Of a stretch of 64,000 bases of DNA, positions 11,701-23,700 are shown piece after piece. The translations under genes and the position numbers were made by a program. Position 1 is the stretch's first letter. Each line of letters starts with the position of its first letter. The notes under the pieces were generated by a model. That model saw only the letters and a program-made list of their open reading frames with translations, searched no databases and was not told where the DNA came from. This DNA is from Ylistrum balloti (Eukaryota), in the NCBI RefSeq assembly GCF_031769215.1, contig NW_026781955.1, forward strand, positions 248,001 through 312,000, given 5' to 3'.

Positions 11701-14700
11701 TTTAAGTCCCAAAAATCACTGTATATCATTCTACTGATACCAATATGACACCTTGAATTCAGTTAATTACAATTTTCTAAAATCAAATAGAGACAAGATC
11801 TTCCCATTGACCTGAAGTTACTACTTGGATTTGTTTACCTGAAGGCAGGACGAGTTGAAGATGCTGAGGTGAGTAATTTTTTGTTTTGTTTTTGTTTTTT
11901 TTTTTGTAGAAAATTAAAAATGCAATTCATTTCATGTTTATTCTAGGCAAAGTTAAATTGTTTTATTGTGAAGACAATTGTGGTGAAAATTTTATCTTTG
12001 ATAGAAAATGGTGATGGGCACCAAGAATACAGCTGGTCTAGATGGATGGATTCACTTCCTCAAGGGAGACTACTCTGGCGCTATTCACAGGTACTTAATG
12101 TACATTGATTTTTTTTGTCAATAATACAGAAGCACAGAAAATTGGAATTGGAAAAAGAATATCCTGCATCATCTAAAACTAGCACACAAATTACATGTAA
12201 AAACTATGACAACATCAGAGAATTTCATGTGTTCAGTGTTTTCTTTCACAGGTTAACATTAGCTGTAGAGTCTGCTCCAGATGTCAGTGATAATCACCTC
12301 ATGCTTGGCAAAGCATTGTGGGAAATGTGGAAAGAGGAGAAGTCAAAGGAATCGGCAGAGAAAAGCTACATGTCTTTTCTAAAGGTTGGTCAAGGTCAAA
12401 CAGAGTTGCAGAAGCTAGTTTTTACTACATAGTTAGTAAGGTTGATGGAAAATTTAATTTCCTGATATTGGCAATCATAAATGATAACAAGAAATTAAAT
12501 TTTGAATAAACATTTTACAGCAACTCAAAACTTCAGGAAATACATAATGATTTCAAATACCTGTAGTGTATACATGAATATAAATGGATACATGTGTGCA
12601 TTAAATTTGATTCCGGTTTACGTGACTAAATTGTGACAACTGCGAAATATCAGTCCTGTATAATTAAACACTAATGCAGTTCTATAAAAGTCCAATGGGT
12701 AACAGTAGACAAATATGATCGTGAATTTTGAAATTATCAAACTGATATAACAGATGTTTGTTTAGATTTGAAAGTAGATACGTCTCTGCTCCATAATATA
12801 AAATTCTTTGCTTGTATTACACCAAGAATACATAAAATTCTCATTTTCCTGATTCTTTGAGTTCAGTATTGAGTTTAATACCCACATGATTATCTTTTTG
12901 TATATGTATTTGTTATTTTACCCTCATGGGGAATGTTGGAGGGGATATAGAGAGATTAAAATGACACAAGTTTTACTGATTGTGCTATTACATATTCCTG
13001 TGCATTTTACAGGCAGCAAAGTTGGACACCTATAACAGCGAGGCATTCCTGTATCTGGGCCACTTTTCCTTGGAAGTCCAGCATGACAAGGTCAAAGCCA
13101 CCAAGTGTTACCAGAAGGCATTTGACCTTGACAATGACAATGATGATGCTGGAGTAGCCCTCTGTGATCTTTTAGCCAGTACTGATCAAGAGGTCAGTTA
13201 ATGTAATGTGTCTGTCTTCTCTTTACCTGTTTATTACCTCCTCTCTGTTTTTTTGAAGATTACAGGGTATTTTGGATACAAAAATCTCAAATTCCTAAAA
13301 TTTCGCACAGTGTGATACATACTTTTATTAGGTGAATAAAAACAGATGTAGTTTAACTTCCTTATTGATGTACAGTGGAACTTCTTAAAACTGACCATGC
13401 ATGGAAAATAAATATTTGGCTGGTTTAGGGAGGGTTCAGTTTATAGAGATGAACCAAAGTAACTTGTCAGTACTTGGATACAATTGAACCGATTCTGTTA
13501 TGTACATCAGGTTATCCATTCTGTTAGCATTCGGTGCACAGGTGCAACTGAATACAGAAAAAAAACTTAACAAAGTAAAACTATTTCAGTAAAGTAAGAT
13601 ACTTGTATGTAAGTGACTTTACTCAAAAAGAAATCTGTGTGCATTGTCTCGCAATCTTATCTAACATTACATACATCTGGACCTACCACCGGTTGGATGG
13701 TAGGCTAGCATGAAAGTGTTTTCTACTGATTTCTTTGATGAAAAGCTGTTTTTGTTGATCTCTGCAAAAGATATCTTTTAAAACAGAGCTCCATTGATGT
13801 TTCCATTTTGTATATGTTAAAAAAGCATTATTCCATCACTCACAAGTTAGATGCTAAACTGCGGCTTTCTAACTCAGTACTTTATAGTTTCACTCTGTCT
13901 GTAGACATTTCTTTATAGTTTTCGCTAAGCCAATTGATGCATTCATTAGATATGGTTTCAATTTGTCATTGGGGATAACGATTTGTTATATTGTTTAATA
14001 TAATCCTCCTGTTTTGTGGAGGTATTGTGTACAAGGCCTATACATGACAGGTACGCACAGGGAACACAAAGTTTACAACTGTCATCACAGGGGTTGATTT
14101 CATGCATATGATCTGCTGATCACAAAATCAGTTCAATATTTGGAATATAGAAAGATCAGTATTGAGAAGATTTTTATCACTATAATAAAGAGAATATTGT
14201 TCTGTACATCATCATTTCATTCCCTTTCAAGAGGTGATTGGTTTTTAGAAAAATTGTTTTTGGGAAATTGCAATATATGTTCAAAACTAAAAGTTCAGTC
14301 TCTGTCAAACACAGTTAATTCATTTTTATGAATGAATAAGTTAATGTGATAGATATCCACAATAATCTTCAAAGGTTTACTCAGCATTCACCGGCTAATA
14401 CTATGTAGAAAAAGTATATAAGTTAGAGATTCCTCCTGGGTCAATGCAAGGAAATATCAAAACGTTTTCTGGGGTTTTTGGTTTTCCCTTTTAAACAATC
14501 ATTGTTGAGATTTTTACTCTAGGGGTGGAATTGTAAAGAAATTTCCCATAAGGGACAAGCTTTGCTGAGAGGTTCCCATGAGAGATGGTATTATTGAGTT
14601 TACAGATAGGGTTTCCTGTGAGGGCAGACACACTTTTGAATTTTCTTGTTTGGCAGGCACTTTTTTAAGAATCCTTATTGAGTGTGCTCTTTTGAGATAT

Positions 14701-17700
14701 TTGCTGTGGGGTATGTGTGTTCTGTGGGGGCAGGCTCTTTTAGATTTTTCCTTTGGGACAGGCTGTTTTTTGAGGTTTCCTTAAGAACAGTCTGTTTTGG
14801 GAGGTTTCAAGTGGGACAGATTATTTTGGGAGGTTTCCTAAGGGACAGGATATTTTGGAAGGTTTCCTTAGGGACAGTCTGTTTTAGGTTTCCTTAGGGA
14901 CAGGATAGTTTGGGAGATTTCATTAGGGACAGTCTGTTTTAGGTTTCCTGAGGGACAGGCTGTTTTGGAGGTTTCCTTTGGGACAGATTATTTTGGATGG
15001 TTTCCGTTTGGGACAGGCTGTTTTGGAGGTTTCCTTAGGGACAGGCTGTTTTGGAGGTTTCCATAGGGACAGGATATTTTGGCAGGTTTCCATAGGGACA
15101 GGATATTTTGGAAGGTTTCCTGTGGGAAAGTCCGTTTTGGAAGGTTTCCTGTGGGACAGTCTGTTTTGGAAGGTTTCCTGTGGGACAGCCTTTTTTGGAA
15201 GGTTTCCTGTGGGACAGTCTGTTTTGGAAGGTTTCCTTAGGGACAGGCTGTTTTGGAGGTTTCCATAGGGACAGGATATTTTGGCAGGTTTCCATAGGGA
15301 CAGGATATTTTGGAAGGTTTCCTGTGGGAAAGTCCATTTTGGAAGGTTTCCTGTGGGACAGTCTGTTTTGGAAGGTTTCCTGTGGGACAGTCTGTTTTGG
15401 AAGGTTTCCTGTGGGACAGTCTGTTTTGGAAGGTTTCCTGTGGGACAGCCTTTTTTGGAAGGTTTCCTGTGGGACAAGTTATTTTGGAGGTTTGCTTTAA
15501 AGCAGACTCTTTTTTAGATTTCTTATAGTGGCAAGCTTTAGGGGCAAGTCCCCATGAGAAATTGGGTGTTTTATCGAATTAAAAAAATTGAGTAACATGA
15601 AACATGACATCAGAAGAAAGTAGAATATTTTGATAGTGTATTTTTGTGTATTAATCTCTTTCAGGAGGATGCCCATAATATCATTGTCTCTGTTACATCT
15701 AAAGCTAGTGCTGGAAGGTAAGTATTAACATCGTCACAGAGTGTAGTCCAATTCTCAGTGAGTAATGATAGAGGCTATAGTGAGTGATCCACTGGCTCAA
15801 TAGATGTTACAAGTGTAAGAATAGATTTTGCTAATATGATATTGGTCTACGATTTTCACTATACTCTGATTAAAGTAAAGAAGTTATGATATTAAATAGA
15901 AACACAGTATGATGATGAAAACCTGTTTTTTTTCTTCAGTAGTTGATAAGTTCACTGCATTACAAGGATGTAGGTTTGTGCTAAAGTTGAAAGCTTCATG
16001 AAACTGTGTTGTTTGTCATTGATAGTGCTAAGTGGGCATGGTTACGACTGGGGCTGTACCAAGTCAACCGCGACAGTCCATCTGTGGCAATCACCAGTTT
16101 CCAGTCAGCACTGAGGGCTGACCCCAAAGACAAGTAAGTACTAAAGTGATTGACTGCTTAGTTCCTATGCAGATTGTCTAATTTTTTTGTTTGACAGTTA
16201 TATATAATACCCAGGACTACCACTTTTTTATCACCCTCTAGAAATTGTATCCTTGCTTACCAATATTCAACCCTTGAATTGATCCAGTTGTCACTTTGTA
16301 GCTGACCTAAATCTAGAAAGACATCAAAGTTTAAGTTACAACTTTGATAATATGAACATAACACTGTCATTTGGTTTTATATTTGAAACTCACATAATGA
16401 TCATCTAATTTTTCTTATTTGAAATTTTTTTATTAAAAAAATTATGGTCACTTTACTTCAATAAATGAAAAAAAAATACAAATACATTAGCTGTTTGAAG
16501 TGAATTAAAGTGCTTTGTGTTTGTTACAGTCATGTGTGGGAGTGTTTAGCTGAGGCCTACTTACACAGAGGCAGTCTTACTGCTGCCCTAAAGGCTTTCA
16601 CCAAAGCCTCAGAGGTTAGTCATTTGATAATTTTTATAGAGTCATGTGTGGGAGTGTTTAGCTGAGGCCTACTTACACAGAGGCAGTCTTACTGCTGCCC
16701 TAAAGGCTTTCACCAAAGCCTCAGAGGTTAGTCATGTGATCATTTATATAGAGTCATGTGTTGGAGTTTGTGGATGAGTCCTACTTATACAGAGGCAGTC
16801 TTACTGATGCCCTGAAGGCCTTCTTCAAGGCCTCAGTGGTAAGAGAAATAGTGTATATTCTGATACTGGTCTACATATTGTTAAAAGCAAAAACTTTCAA
16901 TTCCTTTCTTTCCCGAAAATGTATTGTACATGAACTTGAGTTCATTGATCTTCAGGAAAGCCTGTATAAATCCTTATCATTGGTGACCTTAATGATAGAA
17001 TAAAATCAGTTTTAAAAACAACAAAAATATTATGAAAAGAAGCATGGAAACACTTTTATATTTTCTAATGTTAGATATATGCACTGGGGTCAAAGAGTCA
17101 ATTCAGAAGCAGGGCTAGCTCTGACTCTAAATTTGATTCACCAAAATCTTTGTTACTTCATGTTTATTGATATATGAGTAAGAGGTATCTTTCATTTCCT
17201 TTTTATTTCAGCTGGATCCTAGTTCCTTGTATTGTCTATATCAGTAAGTACTAATGAGTGTATTCTGTGTTGTGTTTTTTGGACTATCAACAATCTATGT
17301 TATTTAGGGCCAGTTAGTATTTATATATTTCTGTAAACCATATCAACAAGATCTACATTATTGTTATGGATAAATTCCTCAGGGTTATTTATCATTGAGA
17401 ACTGGACTTTAATTTGGTCCTTTGAGGATCAAGTTATAAGTAAGCATTACAACCTTTGAGTGTTGCTACCTTGAGAAAAAAATCATTTGCGATGAAAAAC
17501 TAGGACAAAGATTATTTATTTCTTAGAATAAGAAATGGCCAAAGAAAATAAATTTTGATTTTGATTATTGAAAAGTATTTGCAATCTTGAACTGTTACTT
17601 GTCATAATCAGTAACAGTTTAAATTCTGTGCTGTTGTCAATCTGTAGTACAGTTTTAAGTTTTCGTCTTTTCCCCAGGATTGCAGCTATCAAACAGACTC

Positions 17701-20700
17701 TATGTATATATACGGAGGCCATTGTGGAGTACAAGGTTATCCTAGAACGTTCGCCCAACTATGTACCTGCTTTAAAAGGTGATTATCATTTAGTTACACT
17801 GTATTAAGTCCCTGTTTGTTATAAGCCTACAGATATTCATTGCAGTAACAGTAGAAATACCACAGATGTTATGTACTGTAAACATATATATTAACTGTCA
17901 TTTTAGTGGTTTTATGGTGCACATGTTGCACTTAAGTAGAATTACAGTAATTGCAGTGTCTGTATGTTGTATATTATAATTGTTGACGTGCAAATTCCTC
18001 ATTGCGCTAGTTTTCCCAGAATCAATAATGGGCAAGAATTGGACTGCACTAAATTAAGTACATTAATCATTATATCATTGTCCTGTGATAAATGAATTTC
18101 TTGCTTTACCAAAACTTGACAATGTGCTTACATTTGATAGCATAGAATTAAGTACACTTACAGTTACTGTATCATTGCCTTGCAATCAGACTACCTCCTT
18201 ACTTTGAATCATAAACATGTGAAGGATCCCAGGGGCCAGTTCCAGAATAAATATTTTACACTTGATTAAGCTCTTTCTTGTTTACATCTCACACCAACAT
18301 TTCTTTTACTGACATCCACAAAATTACACCTTAATTGACATACTCAAAATTACAACTTAATTGACATACTCAAAATTACAACTTAATTGACATACTCAAA
18401 ATTACAACTTAATTGACATACTCAAAATTACAACTTAATTGACATACTCAAAATTACAACTTAATTGCATAGTAAAGGTTCTGTTTCAACAGTTTGAATT
18501 GAAGAAATTATGAAAAGGTAGACGTTTAGAAGTTTATGTAATTTCCTCATTTTTTTTCATGAAATCTTTTTTCAATAACAATTTTGTAATGTTTACCTGG
18601 TACACAGGTGTTGGGGAGACATACTTATTACTGGCTAGAAATCACCTTTCTCAAAGTTTCTATGGTCGTGCCCGAGAAAATTGTGAGGATGCGCTACTAT
18701 TCCTGACCAGGTAAGGAACCAGAGGAACAAGGAATGATAAACATTTGGGACAAAGCAAAAAAAAAATCAAACCCATGTGCTATTTAAATGTAACTATTGT
18801 GTAAATGGAATGCGGACATTGTACAGAAGATGTTAACAGAATTGATTGACAATACTGTATTATGCTCTTTTACAATAAATGAAGATACATGAAGCATTAC
18901 ATATATATTTTGGTGAGTGGAAGGAGAGGATCTTGTTAGGCATCAAATCTAGTATCTTGGTACATTATTTTTGTACCAACAAAAAATGTGCAAAAATTTT
19001 ACCTAACGCTATTTAATGAAAAAGAGTGCCAAATATAAAGGCAAAAGAATTTTTCTTTTGTTTAATTCTGTCTGTTGATTATGTGTGATAGAAAATGCTT
19101 TATGATTTTATTTGTTCTATAGTATGATATCTGTAACTTTTAAACAGAGCAGCAGGTCATCGGTCTGACATGTCCTGTCTGTGGAAGTTAATGGGAGATG
19201 CCTGTACACTGATCCATGGCCTGGCACCCAAAAACTTCAGCTTCACTGTGGATAATAAACTGGTGGCAAGGGCAGGAGAGACGTGTACCTCAGGAACATC
19301 TAAGATAGGCCTCACTCAGACCCTGGAGTTGGGGGCTAGGTAGGTAGATTGGAGTACTGTTGGCACACAGGACTGAGAAAAAAACTTCAGATAGGTAAGT
19401 CACATAGGTATAGTAAAAGAATAACACCCCCCACAGAATGAGGCAGCTAGGTCGTGAAGTAAATTTCATAGGGCTGGCACAAAGCCTACAGCTGCAGGAT
19501 TAGGTAGGTGAAATAAAGGTACTGTATGGTGTACGTGATATAGAGCAGACACAGACCTTGGGGCCAGTAGAGAGGTCAGATATAGATTTGTAATACTGAG
19601 CCAATTAACACAGACCCGAAGGCTGGAGGCAAGGTAGATCACAGCCAACACATCCCCTGGGGATGGGGGCTAGGTAGATCAGAGCCAACACATCCCCTGG
19701 GGATGGGGGCTAGGTAGATCAGAGCCAACACATCCCCTGGGGATGGAGGCTAGGTAGATCACAGCCATCAGTCCCTGGGGATGGGGGCTAGGTAGATCAG
19801 AGCCAACACATCCCCTGGGGATGGGGGCTAGGTAGATCAGAGCCAGCAGACCCTGGGGATAGGGGTTAGGTAGATCAGAACGAACATAGGCCCTATAGAT
19901 AGGGGCTAGGTAGATGAGGTAGATCACAGCCAACACAGACCTGGGGTTGAAGGTGAAGTAGAAGTTGTAAAGGGACTGTATGTAGTAAAGGATTGGACAA
20001 GACCCTTGTTCTGGCAAACAGGCAAGGTATGCTTTATTGTTCAGAATAGTAAAAACTAATCAAATTTTGATATGTGGTAGTTACAGGAAAAAAATTCTTT
20101 AAAATTGAAATCTTTATTGTATCGATTTCTTATGTTGTTTGTCTGTTGTTCCGTCACTAGAATGAAAAACAAAAAAAACGTAACCATTTCTTTCTTTCCA
20201 GGTGCTATGGCAGAGCGTTGAAGGTCCTTCCAGAATGTGCCTCATTATGGCATGACCTTGGACTCAATTTTTTCTACCAATCACAGCAGTCAACACAGTC
20301 GGATGTGATTGCCACTCTGTCCACAAAATCTGTAAATGCTCTGAAGAAAGCATTGACAATTGATCCTAAAAATCATTTACACTGGAATGCTCTTGGAAGG
20401 GTATTCTGTTCAAATGGTAATTTTGTTGATGTGGTACTGTGGTGTTACTTCTTAGCAGGTGAAAAAATTTTGCTATAGTCGGCTTGTAAGTGGTAAATTT
20501 GACAAAATACAAAATATCTTTATTATTTTATTCTGTACTGTTAAAGATTTTTGTTGAAATGAACACAAACAGATTCAAGCACTGGGGGTCTCAAATTACT
20601 GTAAATGTACAAATTAACTATAACATAAACTTTTAGATTTTGTTTAAATGTGTGTATGGTTCAACTAGTCTGGCTTCAAAAGAAAAAGAACTATTGAAAA

Positions 20701-23700
20701 TTATGTGTAATTATCAAAATTTGGTTTGTGAAGTTTCACAAGTACTTGTCAATAGAAGGTACTCAAAATCTGAAAATGTACACTTCTGCATACATATAAA
20801 TTGCATGTAGGCCTTATTTGGTATGAAGGTATTAGATACACAAGTAAAAGAACTGGTATACTCTCAGTAAGAGAAAGATGGTGAATTCCAGATATGTTCA
20901 GAGATGAAATAATTTCATTTCTCGACATATATATCCAAAACTGTTTCAGTCATCAACATAACAGATGTATTGATGTAAACAGGGATGTTATTTTTTTTAT
21001 TATGAGCTGTAAATAAGCATTGTATCAGGGGAGACCTGCTAACACATTAAAAAATTTCTCAAGTCATTGTTTGTAGGTTGCCTAATATATATGTATGTTT
21101 GATTGCAGGATTTTACACCCCAGATAAGGCCCAGCACTGTTTTATCAAGTCAATACAGACTGAACCAAATGTAAGATAAATTGAAATCTTTACACGTTTT
21201 TATGATTTAGGCACTCATAGTTGAATGATATTTCTACCAAACTGTTGTTTATTTTCTCAAGTAGTTTATTGTCATAATTTATAAATCACAGACTCTTTCA
21301 TGTGTCGGATTGTAAGATAGGGATATCCAAAATACCTGATGGACACATTGTAGTATGGTTGTGATATTGTCTAGCTCAGGTTTAAGCTGATGCATTCATC
21401 ATGAGATTTAGTACCACTGAAATCCTAACCAATGGTCTGTTTCAGAAAACTCACTATTGATCTACAAAACCTAAACAGAGATTTAGTACCACTAAAATCC
21501 TAACAATAGTCTGTTCCAGAAAACTCACTATTTATCTACAAAACCTAAACAGCTATTGTTTATAAACCTGATATACTCTGTGATGAAAAGATGATGAAGT
21601 TTCACAATAGTGAAATTGAAGCCCTTGGGGATTATATTTTACCTCAAATAATAATATTGTTACATAAACATAATCATAATCTTTGATGAACATTTTTGTA
21701 TTAAGACCTTATATCTATTTTCAGAATGTCGTTGCTTGGTCTAACCTGGCGACTCTTTATTTTAAGAATAGCAACATAGAGGTAAGATCTTTGATAGTCC
21801 CTCCATCTTTCCTAAACAGATAATTTCTGTGGGTAATTGTTGTATGTTTTGTTTTTTTCATTGGTACATATGTAGTGTTATTTACTGTGTAATGGTTTTT
21901 ACCACAGCTTGCTCATGATGCCTTCAAGACTGCCCAGAGTCTAGAGCCATCCTATGTTGCCTGCTGGATTGGCCAGGTAAGTACTTATAAACTACCCTTC
22001 GGTTCTTACCGAGATAGTGAATAGTTTTGCAGAATTATAACACAGGGCTAATAAGCCATTAGCAATCACATTTATTTGTACCTATTTTTTGACATTTGAG
22101 CAGGGCCACATTTTTATGATTTTCATTAACTTCAAATTTCACTAAGGAAAGCATTACATAGGAAAATTTCCAAAAATTTCAGTTTTTACTTAACTTACAT
22201 CATGCTTTTCTATGGTAATCAAGAGTTCCCTATGTTAAGGAAGATTCGTGAAACAGGGGTCTAAGGATTCAAATTCTAAATTATTTTATGGAAATTTTAT
22301 TTGATATTGAGATGAAATTTCTCCAAATCAATTTTTAGGCCCTGATTGCAGAGACAGTTGGACATGAAGATGCAATGGACTTGTTCAGACACACCAATGA
22401 ACTGGCCAATCACGTAAGATCTTACTTGACCAGAGATTGAAAATAAATTTTTGTTTCTCTTGATGTAGGTGATAAGATTTACTTTATTTTTACACAATAG
22501 ATACAGGTTCCATTAATATACAATTAGTGAGATATCATCGCTTCAAATTTTACACATACACATGTTGTTGATGTGTATCCTGATTCATATTTCTGTTGAT
22601 AGTCCTCTGGCTACACCTTACATTAGTGTACTCACAGTTTACTAGTCATAACTGACTGGTAAAGTGGGCAGTGTTTTTATCAAGCTTGTCACCAAAAACA
22701 TCACTCAATACAAGAGCAATAAAACTTATATATAACTTATATATTACAAACTAACACTTGTTTCATAAAGTAGATTGAAGATAATTTGATCTGTAAAGCC
22801 ACTTTTGCATTTTTAGGTTGAAACGGTCGAGATGACACGAATAAATTCCACCCTAAACAAATACACATGTACCAGAAATGTTATGGGCAGAGCTAAAAAT
22901 GTATCATTATCTGTCAAATATCAAACAATGATTCAACAATAAAATATGTTCCATTTTAACCTGTACTGAATATCATAATGTTTCTAAGGTGTTTGTGACC
23001 GTTACTTTCATACAGGCAAGACTGGCCCTCTCAAATATCTTGTGCCTCAGTCTGTCAGTACCTATCATGTTCTTTCAGGTTCAGCTCGTCCAACCCTTTC
23101 AACTGCTTTAGCAAAACTGACCTAAATGTTTACGCATTTTGTAGCATATAAATACATAATGCTCATTTCCCTTTATGTAATTTTGTTATCAGGTAGAGGG
23201 AGCCACAGGGTATGCCAGCTGGGTATGTACCATGCTCAAGGACAAGAGTAAACATAATACAGAACTGTTCCGCTACTCCATCAAGCAAATGGCCGCCATA
23301 CCTGCAGCCTCAGATGCTTTGGCCAAATATCTAGGTACTGAAATATTTATAATGATTCCAAAATACTGTTGGAATGTGAAAGTAGAAATAGACTATTTAG
23401 ACCTGTTTGAGATATTCTTAAATTCTTATCTGGGAAAGAATAAATCCATATGTAACCCTGGTAAATACTAGTCACAATATACCGTTCGACTAGGGAGAAC
23501 TTCTCTGTAGCTCGATCAGTTAAACATCTAATAGAAGCCACTGGACCTGGGTTTGAATCCTAGCAGAGATTGAAATAGATAATGACCTCTGTTACATTTG
23601 TGCACATGTAGAAACTCAGGAATAATATGTGGTGTTACTTTCACAAGCATCTTCTCTTGTAATCCCTGGAAACTTGAGGACAATTTCTTTCCTGGAATGA

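Noticed and set aside
14800-15480. NF-kB-like (ggaaggtttcc) and CSL (TGTGGGAA) sites in the 29-bp repeat
   Set aside because: The kB match lacks the GGG start in most units, and only two units contain the CSL octamer. This is expected by chance from repeat variants.
14578-15528. Cluster of overlapping ORFs (up to 184 aa) on both strands
   Set aside because: They are translations of the 29-bp intronic minisatellite.
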